Shown here: positions 23,326 through 33,689 of the stretch, piece by piece
Numbering within the stretch: the stretch's first letter is position 1
Layout: the number at the start of each line of letters is the position of its first letter
NCBI GenBank assembly: GCA_950097015.1
Contig: CATNEN010000031.1
Location: 2,108,001-2,172,000, forward strand
Origin: Macrostomum hystrix
Taxonomy: Eukaryota > Animalia > Platyhelminthes
Reading direction: 5' to 3'
DNA length: 64,000 nt
The notes under the pieces: generated by a model
Database searches by the model: none
Told to the model about the DNA's origin: nothing
The model's input: the letters and a program-made list of their open reading frames with translations, nothing else
Translations under genes and position numbers: made by a program

Positions 23326-25039
23326 TATTTATTTGGGAATTCACATTAATTTTACACCACCATTTTTTTACACTTATTTATACCAATTATGATAATTATA
23401 TCCCATATAGATATAGATATTTTGCCAAATATGCCAAGATCATTTTAGCATAAAAAGTTTGTGCCAGAAATTTCTTGAACTTATAGCCTACAATTAGTAT
23501 TACAAACAACTACTGAGATGTTTTACTACTATATAATATTATATCTTTTGTTTCTGTATCCTATGAAGTTCCAATTCATTGAAGAACAAAAATATTACAT
23601 TAAAGTAGAAATTACCCAATATTTAAATGCCATTTAAATCACAATTCTAAAAGTAGATATGGTAAAATAACATTTTTTGCATAGCTAGCTGCTAGTTCTA
23701 ACTTTTTCCAAGTTAAAACTATCCAATTAAGGCATACTAACAATAGGTAGGCCAAACACATTTAATTTTGATATAAATTACAATACAAGTGCCATAGCTA
23801 GCTATTATTATATAGCCATAAAAAATGTTTTGATTATCTTATTGTGGCAAGCATTTGCTAGTTAGATTTGTAATTTCAGTCAAGATTTACATAGTAAACA
23901 TGTAATTCATGCAAGTAGCCATGATCATAGCTAGCTATAGTTAGGTTGACACAATCAACCAACTGTGTGTAGCTAAATTGCTTGAAACAACTATTTCCCT
24001 GAATGTAGGCAGAGTTTTGGCTTTGGCTAGAATTTCATATTAATTGGATTTCATTTCACTTACACCAGATTTCCCTCAGGCCTACCTTAGAAACTCTATT
24101 TTTAGCTTTTGACAAAGTAAATAAATGGTAGCACAAGAGTGAGACAATAGCTATCATTTATTCTTGGATTAAAATGAAAGGTTTCTATGACTTATATGCT
24201 AATGTTAGTTATAGCCATTCTATAAGGTATATCTCATAAATTAATGGTGTCCTATACATGTAGTCAATAATACGCTCGGCTCTAGAACTCTTGTAATGAT
24301 ACGATATATTATTACTATAATATTATGACTATTATTTGTAGTTTGCATAGCTACTTTCTCAACCAGCTGGTCAGTATTTTACTTACAAACAATGCATTTG
24401 TTTCGACTTTCGATTGACCAGTTCACGCAATTTTCGTTCCGTTTAAAAAAGCGTGCACGAACAAACAATTACTTTGCTCTTTATCGACCCTTCCAAAGCA
24501 AGATAAAAAGCTTAAACGGAAGGAAAGATTGCTACTCAAAGGAATAATAATAATAATTCAACTGTCCAGAATAATAAATTCTTCGTTTGTGTCGGCTTTA
24601 ACGCAGCTGATACAGATAATCATCCTTCAAGGGGCACTTGCATGCCAACGACAAGATTATGTGGTATCGCTGTGTGGTTACAACATTAGATTTTTAGCCT
24701 GCCCTAATGTATCCAATGATTTTTATCGATAAATTGCCAATTTATCGATAAGTGAACATACGTGTCCAGAACAGACGAAACACGTTGCCTTTTAAGAAAT
24801 TATTTAAGCAATTCCAAATCATCCATTTTAGATATAAAGCAAGTTTGCCTTAAACAGCGAATGACATATGACAAACCGCGGCAAGGACCACTAGGAGTCG
24901 ATCTACTCCTATAGTGGTCCTTTGAACAGTGGTTGTGCGCACATCTCGAGTGGCATCACAAATCTATGCATAAAATGGCAGCTATTTCTGCATTCCATTG
25001 GGAACAAATTTTAAGCTCATGCTCAACCAGGTTAAAAAC

Positions 25040-26750
25040 AAGTTAACAACAACAGCAACAACAAGAGACGCTAGCCCCAAAAGTCAGGGAAGCAGCGTCA
25101 GATGGCGCGCCGCAGAGCCAGCACGCGAACGTGGTCCGCGCTGGTGGCAGTGTCGGGCGCCCCGGCGTTGGTCAGCAAACAGTGGACGTAGCGGCGGGTC
25201 CCAGCCTGGCCGCGTCTGAAATGGGCCCTGCAGGGTGAGCAGCAGGACGTCCTGGGAGGGCTGGCGGCAGTAGCTCTCGGCCCGATAACATGGCCCGCTA
25301 GTCGAAGTCGCCGCTGGCGCAGGATGGTAGACGGGCGTTGCAGCTGGGCTCTCTCGTACAAAGCCTCGGTCCCGACGCTCTCGTAAGCTTGAAAGGCCAC
25401 ATGGAGCAGTCCCGAGTCCAGCTGCCGCTCCAGCGTAGCCGTCAGCGTCCACGACTTGGCGTTGTAAAGTAGGACGGTCTCGACCACCGCCTGCTACAGC
25501 CGAGCCCTCTGGCGGTCAGGCAGCGCTGTGGACTGGAGGACGCCCGGATCGAACGGTAGGCCGCCCATTCTAGTCCTCTGCGCCGCCGGATGTCGTCTTC
25601 TACGTTGGGCATCAGACCGCCGAGGTAAGTGAACCGCTGGTAGCGTGCGAGCGAGATGATCTGCCCGTCTTCGCCGCGGCACCTCAGGTCCGCTGGAATG
25701 TCGGCCGGCGCGCTGCGCATGCGCGGATGCCGGATGCGCGCCACCTCGATGACACGGCGGAGTGCGAGGATCTGGGTCAACGTACCGCGCTGCGGCCGGA
25801 ACCAGTTCTGCTCGTAACGGAGGTACGGGTCCAGCACCGACTGATGGCGATCAAGAAGCAGTCAGTTGAAAAGCTTCGCGGTGCAGGACATAAGCGAGAT
25901 ACTGCGGTGACCTTCTTTCCGCGTTGTCCCGGCCTTATTCGGGATCGGCACGATGTGTGCTACGGTCCACTCGGTGGGCGCTGGGGCGCCGGCGAGCACG
26001 CGGTTCATGGCGCCTGTGACTTGGGAAGCCACACAGCGGAGCCGCAGCGCCTTGACTGGAACCTCGTCGGGGCCGAGCGCCTTGCCGCCAGATGTTCTCC
26101 GCACAACATCCTCCACAGTGACTGGGCTGTGTCCGTCGGCAGTGCGAAACTGGCTGGCAGCGGGGGCGAGGGCACGTTCACAATGCCGGCGAAGAAGTCA
26201 CGCAATTCATTCCTGCGCTCCTCCGGAGTGTTGCCGGCCAGATTCAGCACCACGCGCCTCTTGCGCCCCGTCAGGGTCCTAACGGCCGTCCACACTGACG
26301 TCGGGGCCAGCTGCTGTGATAGACTGGATGGCATCGTCGACTGCGGCCTACTGCCGCGTGTCCAGAAGACGCGCGAGTGCCTCCTCGGCGTCACCAGTGG
26401 GCCGTCGGGATCTTCGGAGTCGCTTGATCTTCAACTGCGCCTGCATGATAGTCGGATCGCTCTTCCAGACTGGCTGCGATCGCTCCGCCGGTCGCATCAG
26501 CGGGACCGTCTTCTCAGCTGCAGCTCTCACGGTAGTGCTGATGTCGGCATACTCCGCCTCGCGCTGGCTTCAAGCGCGCCAACGAAGGCGCCCGCGAATT
26601 GGTACTTCACGCGGGGGTCCAACAGTGCACGATTGTAGCGCCGTGGTCGGTAGAGCGGGTCGTTGAGCCGCAGGTCGCAGAGCAAGAGTCGGTGGACAGA
26701 CCGGAGAGCCAGCGCAGCCATGGTCTCACAGTTAATGCCGCGGCGGTGCT
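25040..26750 (-). mobile_element. 5'-truncated, internally deleted, frameshifted non-LTR retrotransposon (RTE-like LINE)
   Basis: RT N-terminal motifs KALGPDEVP, EWTVAHIVPIPNK, HRSISLMSCTAKLFN and QNWFRPQRGTLTQILALRRVIE jump almost directly to FTYLGG. The C-terminus has VETVLLYNAKSWTLT and LRLAGHV. It ends in a (GTT)n tail. Confidence 0.88.
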
Positions 26751-27064
26751 CGCGAGCACAAGATCGACTTGCGCCAGCTGCCTCGTGGCATTCCGTAGTG
26801 AAAAATTTATTGAAACTAGAACTTGAACTAGTTCAGCTCATTGCTCAATTGTTCATTAAGGTCTAAAAGCCAAAAACTAGCAATTAATACTTATTATTAT
26901 TCATTGATTTATAGGTGTTTGCAGTTGTAAGGCTTGAATATTTTTTCAACTTCTAATGCTTACTTATAGTAGTCAATCTCCACGAATTTCACAGTAGATT
27001 TGGAACTCAAAGAACGCACGCTGTTTCTCTGCGAATAAAACCACGTGTAGCTGGGAATATTAAT

Positions 27065-27270
27065 TTTGGTTTAGTGGCTTAAAGCGCCGGACTCGAAGGT
27101 CTGGGGTTCAATTCCCGACTCCGCTGGAAAAACAGCACGTGAGCTCACCGAGCTCACTCGCAAATGCTGCCCCCACCCAGTCCATGGACTGTACAGCCGT
27201 ACAGCCTTCAGATGCGCCGCGTAAAAGCAGGGGCTTTGCTGTCAGCTGGACATCTGGCTCAATTGACAAA
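27065..27270 (+). mobile_element. SINE family A copy with a deleted or replaced central region
   Basis: tRNA head (agtggcttaaagcg...ggttcaattcccgactcc), the palindrome at 27178-27191, and gccttcagatgcgc. Confidence 0.75.
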
Positions 27271-27329
27271 AATGAATGAAGCAACAAACGAAAAATCTCA
27301 GTAAGTTTCCTCTTGATATATTTTAGTTT

Positions 27330-27668
27330 TATTATTAATATTGCAGGAGGGCTGTGGGCAATGGCACATCATTTGGTGACACCAGACCCGCAGCCAGCGA
27401 GGAGGCAATTCTGCCCATTTTGCTGACTCCTGAGCATACACTCACACGCACACAGAAACCGTACGCAGCCATACGCTCAAGCACAGGTGTGTACATCTGC
27501 CCTGACTTTCTCGTCGTCAGGCGTCAAACTTTCACTGTGTCTTCGTGGTCGGCCCTCCAAGCCTTCTCTCCGCGGCTGCACCCCAAATGAATGTGGCCTC
27601 GCCGCGGAATCGAGCTCAGTGACCTTATTGCGAGAGCCAAACGCGTTGGACCGCTCAGCCACTAACCC
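27330..27668 (-). mobile_element. SINE family B, near full length
   Basis: Homologous to 2606-2958 along its length, with head gtggctgagcggtccaacgcg...gagctcgattccgcgg. Confidence 0.8.
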
Positions 27669-27812
27669 AGTTTCCGCTTAGATTCACGCCAATGGCAGAA
27701 ATGCACTTTAGTTTATTGAACTGCTGGCCCGATTGGCGAAACCCGAATGAACGAGGGAAAAAGTTTAAGCTTGAATGCATCCCAAAGACAGAAATGCGCT
27801 TCAGTTGATTTA

Positions 27813-27825
27813 GTAACCTAGCAAC
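27813..27825 (+). promoter_or_regulatory. RFX X-box-like motif GTAACCTAGCAAC
   Basis: Fits the GTNRCC-N(0-3)-RGYAAC consensus. Function is unverified. Confidence 0.4.
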
Positions 27826-28069
27826 CAATTTCTAGTGAGTGGCTTAGTGAGTGAGAACTGACAAAGATGAAAACTTGAATTCCAGAAATTGGCAGCTCAA
27901 TACCTGACAACTGAGAAGCTGTGTGGGGCTGTGCATTAAATGCGGTCTGAGCACTAAAGGCCACGCAATTAGTGCTCACGGCGAGAAGCTGCAAATTGTG
28001 ATATTTTAGAGGATTGCACAGAACTTTGACTAATATTGGTAATGCGAGCTACATTTATCTGGTTTGGGG

Positions 28070-28240
28070 ACTTGTCGTGCAATTTACGCCCTTGAGGGCC
28101 AAGGCACAGTGAGAGTGTACACTGCCTGACGATGAGAAAGTCAGGGCAGATGTACACACCTGTGCTTGAGCGTATGGCTGCGTACGGTACCTGTGTGCGT
28201 GTGTGCTCAGGAGTCAGCGAAATGGGCAGAATTGCCTCCA
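28070..28240 (+). mobile_element. SINE family B, 5'-truncated
   Basis: cccttgagggcc..aaggcacag..cctgacgatgagaaagtcaggg..gtgtgctcaggagtcagcgaaatgggcagaattgcctcc. Confidence 0.8.
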
Positions 28241-28261
28241 TTAAATCATCTGTCATCTGTG

Positions 28262-28410
28262 GAAGCTGGTGGCCCATTGTGGTTAGAGCTTCGGACCAAG
28301 AGGTCGGGAGTTCGAATCTCAGGGCATCAATTTGAGTCCACTTGAGCAAGAGGCGTCGTAATTCCACAGGGCTTCAGTTCACCCAGCTGTAAAATGAGTA
28401 CCGATTTGGG
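28262..28410 (+). mobile_element. SINE family A, 5' half (tRNA head plus CORE)
   Basis: tgtggttagagc...ggagttcgaatc...cttgagcaag...cttcagttcacccagctgtaaaatgagtacc. Confidence 0.75.
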
Positions 28411-28780
28411 TAAAATGGGTAAAACGGGTGCGGCTGTGCCACTGGCTGTACGCTTGAACTCAGTGAGCTAGGTGTTTCCATTTCAAGTTCGAGTTTAAAG
28501 GCATAGGGCCTATAGAGCCTCCCCTTGCCCAGTTAATGGGTAGGGGATTTTTCCGTAGGCAAGAAGGAAGCGGAGAATTTATCGCCTGATTGGATGAACA
28601 ATAATGGCCTGCCTGACAGCCTTGAGAACGAAGGCGGTAAGGCGAACTGTTTGACACAAGGCAAGCCAAAAGAAAGGCAACAAAAGCAGACAAATGACAA
28701 TTGTTGGACAGGTGTTTTGACAATTAGGAAACACAAACACACGGTTTCTCTCGCTACTTTGAACAAAAAGACCTATTCTA

Positions 28781-29752
28781 ATGCTGCTGACAACATTGTT
28801 CGTCGTTGCCTTAGCGACGAGCGCAACTTCGACTGGCTGCAGCAGCGCCTCGTCTCGGTTCCATCCGGTGAGCGGCTGTCCTTCGAGCTCGGAGCTGGAG
28901 CAACTGCGAGCACTCGGAGCACAGACCACAGCTGCCTGCCTGAGACTGTGCGCTAGTGACTCAAACTGCACCGCAGCTGCCATCATCAACGGCAGCTGCT
29001 TCGTTGGCGCAGTCTTTGCCCCTGCATGGTCGAGGACACCGATGGTCGGTGGGTCGCAGCGGATCTGCCAGGGCTTCGCGATGCGTCCGCAGCTGCCGGC
29101 CAGCCTGGGCCTGGTCTGCTGGTTCAGCTTCCCCTACGGGCTCGGAAACTTGATGACTGACACCTACGACGTCTGCGCGCCTACCGCCACCTGTATTGGC
29201 GCCGTCTGCAACACCTCCGGCGCCGTGCTGACCGGCAGACGCGACTCTCGGGTTGAAATTGGCACGCCAGGCAGCGGCGGCCTGCTGGGCAGAGTCAGCG
29301 GCGCGGCATTCTCAGTGTTTGTGAAGCTCCAGCGAATGAGGAATTCGGTTCAGAACACGCACTATTTTCGCCTCATGTCCAACTCAAGCTCCACGAACAT
29401 CATGGCGTTCCTATTCGAGACCGCGGCTGGCAACTACGAGATGTTCTATTCGACGGCCTCTGCCAGCAAGTACATCACTAGCGGCTCGCTGGCGCCATCC
29501 GGACTCGCTGTGGTATCAGCCGGTATGACCTTTTCAACCGCCGCCGGGTTCTCCCTGTTTCTGCAGGACAAATTCCAGGCTGCGCAGACCTCCAGCCCTA
29601 TCTCCGGCAGCAAGTTGGGTGGCGACGTTATCAAGCTGGGCCACGAGCCGAGCGTGGACTCCGCCTGCCTCGCCGGTACCCTGCTGTGCTTCGCCATCGC
29701 TAATCGGACGCTGACTGTGGATGAGTTTCGTCTGCTGGCCGAACGCTGCTGA
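28781..29752 (+). CDS. Secreted protein, 323 aa, with a PAN/Apple-like Cys module and a LamG/ConA-like (pentraxin-like) beta-sandwich
   Basis: Intronless ORF with coding-like GC-rich composition and a signal peptide (MLLTTLFVVALATSATS). The C..C..LC....CTA......C pattern is PAN-like. LamG3-like motifs are FSVFVKL, IKLG.......L.GTL.CFAI.NRTLT.DE, and a C-terminal Cys. Confidence 0.75.
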   Translation: MLLTTLFVVALATSATSTGCSSASSRFHPVSGCPSSSELEQLRALGAQTTAACLRLCASDSNCTAAAIINGSCFVGAVFAPAWSRTPMVGGSQRICQGFAMRPQLPASLGLVCWFSFPYGLGNLMTDTYDVCAPTATCIGAVCNTSGAVLTGRRDSRVEIGTPGSGGLLGRVSGAAFSVFVKLQRMRNSVQNTHYFRLMSNSSSTNIMAFLFETAAGNYEMFYSTASASKYITSGSLAPSGLAVVSAGMTFSTAAGFSLFLQDKFQAAQTSSPISGSKLGGDVIKLGHEPSVDSACLAGTLLCFAIANRTLTVDEFRLLAERC

Positions 29753-29974
29753 AGGCCACCGCCGTTGTCGTTGATGAGTTTCGAATGGAGTTCGCAACTT
29801 AACTAAAACCATCGCAACTAAAACTATTTATAAATCCAATCACTTGGATTAGCGACTTTAACTGTTTTCCCTATCTTATCCCCTTTCTCACTAATCACTC
29901 TCTTTCGTCCCCTTTCACGCTGTTTCCAACATTCTCCCACTATTCCCCCCTCACTTCCACAACATTGCTACACC

Positions 29975-30525
29975 CTCCCTGCCTCACTCAATGCCTCACT
30001 CACAGCTTCACTCACTGCCTCACTCACAGCCTCGCTCACTGCCTCACTCACTGCATCACTCACAGCTTCACTCACTGCCTCGCTCACAGCTTCACTCACT
30101 GCCTCACTCACTGCCTCACTCACTGCCTCACTCACTGCCTCACTCACTGCCTCACTCACTGCTCACTCACTGCCTCACTCACTACCTCACTCACTGTCTC
30201 ACTCTATGCCTCAATCACTGCCTCACTCACTGCCTCACTCACTGCTCACTCACTGCCTCAATCACTGCCTCACTCACTGCCTCAATCACTGCTCACTCAC
30301 TGCCTCAATCACTGCTCACTCACAGCCTCACTCACTGCCTCACTCACTGCCTCGCTCACAGCTTCACTCACTGCCTCACTCACAGCTTCACTCACTGCCT
30401 CACTCACTGCCTCACTCACTGCCTCACTCACTGCCTCGCTCACAGCTTCACTCACTGCCTCACTCACTGCCTCGCTCACAGCTTCACTCACTGCCTCACT
30501 CACTGCCTCGCTCACTGCCTCACTC
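29975..30525. repeat. 12-bp minisatellite (CACTCACTGCCT)n
   Basis: Many copies, with cacagctt variants. Confidence 0.95.
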
Positions 30526-31014
30526 CATTCCTTTCCCTACTTCTCTCTTCGTGGCCTTAATCCCATTCTTAAAGTATTTATTTTCTTTATTTAAATTTTA
30601 TTAGAGGGATGAATTTTACTTTAAATCTATCCCAAGCATAGTCCTAATTTAGCCTTGATGAAAATCAATTTAATTTAACGAGTGCGTACTGAATGTTTGT
30701 AAGAAATTTATTTTGACAGCTGATAGCAGAAATTTAGGATTGAAGAATTCGCACGGGGATAAAAATTAAATTCATTTTTTACGTCAGTTAGCCTAGTCAA
30801 AAGGTCTGCCGGTTTTTTTACTTTTTATTTAAACAATCCAAATATTTTCTAAATATTGCCATCAATCAACTGTCCATTAAGTCTTAAAAATTAGTTATAT
30901 AAATTTAAATCGATCTGAAATTTATTTCCTGCAAACAAGTCAAACAGCAGTCGATTACTGCAGCTCTCAACTATCTGGCACTACAACCAGCAAGATAGGC
31001 AGTATACAAGCATA

Positions 31015-32085
31015 TGACAGCTACAGTCTAATCATGTGACAGCTACTGTCTAATCATGTGACAGCTACTGTCTAATCATGTGACAGCTACTGTCGCATCA
31101 TATGACAGCTACTGTCTAATCATGTGACAGCTACAGTCTAATCATGTGACAGCTACTGTCTAATCATGTGACAGCTACTGTCTAATCATGTGACAGCTAC
31201 AGTCTAATCATGTGACAGCTACTGTCTAATCATGTGACAGCTACAGTCTAATCATGTGACAGCTACAGTCTAATCATGTGACAGCTACAGTCTAATCATG
31301 TGACAGCTACAGTCTAATCATGTGACAGCTACAGTCTAATCATGTGACAGCTACAGTCTAATCATGGGACAGCTACAGTCTAATCATGTGACAGCTACTG
31401 TCTAATCATGTGACAGCTACTGTATAATCATGTGACAGCTACTGTCTAACCATTTGACAGCTACAGTCTAACCATTTGACAGCTACAGTCTAACCATTTG
31501 ACAGCTACAGTCTAACCATTTGACAGCTACAGTCTAATCATTTGACAGCTACAGTCTAATCATTTGACAGCTACAGTCTAATCATTTGACAGCTACAGTC
31601 TAACCATTTGACAGCTACAGTCTAATCATGTGACAGCTACAGACTAATCATTTGACAGCTACAGTCTAATCATGTGACAGCTACAGTCTAATCATTTGAC
31701 AGCTACAGTCTAATCATTTGACAGCTACAGTCTAATCATTTGACAGCTACAGTCTAACCATTTGACAGCTACAGTCTAATCATTTGACAGCTACAGTCTA
31801 ATCATTTGACAGCTACAGTCTAACCATTTGACAGCAACAGTCTAATCATGTGACAGCTACAGTCTAATCATGTGACAGCTACAGTCTAATCATGTGACAG
31901 CTACAGACTAATCATTTGACAGCTACAGTCTAATCATGTGACAGCTACAGTCTAATCATGTGACAGCTACATTCTAATCATTTGACAGCTACAGACTAAT
32001 CATTTGACAGCTACAGTCTAATCATGTGACAGCTACAGTCTAATCATTTGACAGCTACAGTCTAATCATTTGACAGCTACTGTCG
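31015..32085. repeat. 22-bp minisatellite (TGACAGCTACAGTCTAATCATG)n
   Basis: About 48 copies, with CATG/CATT/ACCATT variants in blocks. Confidence 0.97.
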
Positions 32086-33246
32086 ATCGTCCTGTCAGTG
32101 CATGGCGAGTTATCGAGTTGCAATAACCCACAGACATTCCCTCGGTGTCAGGTAAGTAATGCGTGCCAAGCCTACAGCAACACACAGAGCGGACTGTCCA
32201 GCAATGCAATCGAACAATGGACCTGGCCGACAGTCGTCAAAATTTATTTGAGAACTCTAGCACTGACGCCTAACAGTAGGCCGGTGTGCGAGAGGTCGTG
32301 TTTGATCTAAAAAATGGGATGTTTGCCCTTGGCATACAGGTCCGGGCCAGCGCACGATTACGCACACAGACACACACACACTTGGGTGTACAAAACCTGA
32401 GCAAGTTCTGAGCTTCCCAAGCTGTCCGATTGGCCTCAAAGCTGAGCTCGATCCTCAAATGCCGCCATGAACTAGAGCATTGTGCCGAATTCCGGCCAGA
32501 ATAGCTCACTAAAATGCTTCCTAAAAACAGCAAAGTGAGAAAACAAAAAATCTGCCTTTCTGCTGCTTTGCGATGATAAACAATTGCTGAGCTTGCAACC
32601 ACCCCTCCCTCCCAGAGAAGGCCCAAAAAGGCCTCTTCCTGACCCGCTGCTGTCGCTGAGTCGGGTCCAATGTTTTCCCTTCACGGGCTCGTCTCCCTTC
32701 TCTCTCTCTCCTCTTCCGTCTCAAAGATACACAGAGGGGCGACTCGGGGCGCGGGTTCGCCGGCCAAATGCAAGCAGGACTCAACTCCCTGAGCACATAT
32801 TTGTGCTTTGAGCAGCCAACAAGCCGCCCACCCCTTCAAGCCAAGCGCGACCCGCAGCCGGCCGCGGGGCCTCTGTCCTCTGGGCCTTCCTTCTGGCAGA
32901 GAGCGGAGCGGCAGGAAAGGGAGGGCAATTTGCTCAGTTTTCCATTACTAACTACATAAAGAAATCCCGCCTGTATTTAAGGCGCGGGTCCCCACTCTCA
33001 GCTCCTGCATTTTTTCCACCTCGAAGCGATCCGCCGGGCCTGCGATCCCTGCTATTCGGTGGGATTCGCCTCCCACAATGTGCCTGCCTGACTGCCTGCC
33101 TAGTGCTCAATAGCAATCTCAGACAGCGGATTCGGCAGCCAGCAGAAGCGATAAGAGTGAGTACTCGAAGCTTTTCATTTTCTGCTCTTGAAGAGTTTGA
33201 GATTGAGATTTCCTAATCACCCATCACCTACAGAGTTCGAATCCAG

Positions 33247-33322
33247 ATGTGCGTGTGCTCAGGCAGGTGTGCTCAGGTGTGCTCTGGTGTGCTCAGGTGT
33301 GCTCAGGTGTGCTCAGGTGTGA
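33247..33322 (+). repeat. 10-bp microarray (GTGTGCTCAG)n
   Basis: About 6 copies. The unit is identical to an internal motif of SINE family B. Confidence 0.85.
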
Positions 33323-33689
33323 CCGGATGTACCAGAATAGCAGCCACTCTCTGTTGTCTCCAAGAGATAAATCTACGTAAAGACTAGCACGTGACTATCA
33401 TGACTCTTCGTAGGCTATCAGCACATTTTTCATAGGATTGAACAGATTTCAGATTCATAAAGTCCAATCACAAAGAAGAAAGTCTGCTAAATTAAAAAAA
33501 AATAACGTACCAGTCGTGCCTCATTACTATTTTTATAAGTACTATGCAACGAACATATTCAAAAGGAGTGAAGGCAGAATTTAGTCATGAAGGTTGCTAC
33601 AAATTAAGAAAACGTTAACGAAAACTTTCGCCACGCGAATCGGGTAAATAATCAATCTATCTTTTTCAGCGTGTTGATCGAGAGAAGGT

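Noticed and set aside
31015-32085. Regularly spaced repeats superficially like a CRISPR array (also 58250-60530)
   Set aside because: There are no unique spacers, the units are contiguous, no cas genes are present, and the context is eukaryotic.
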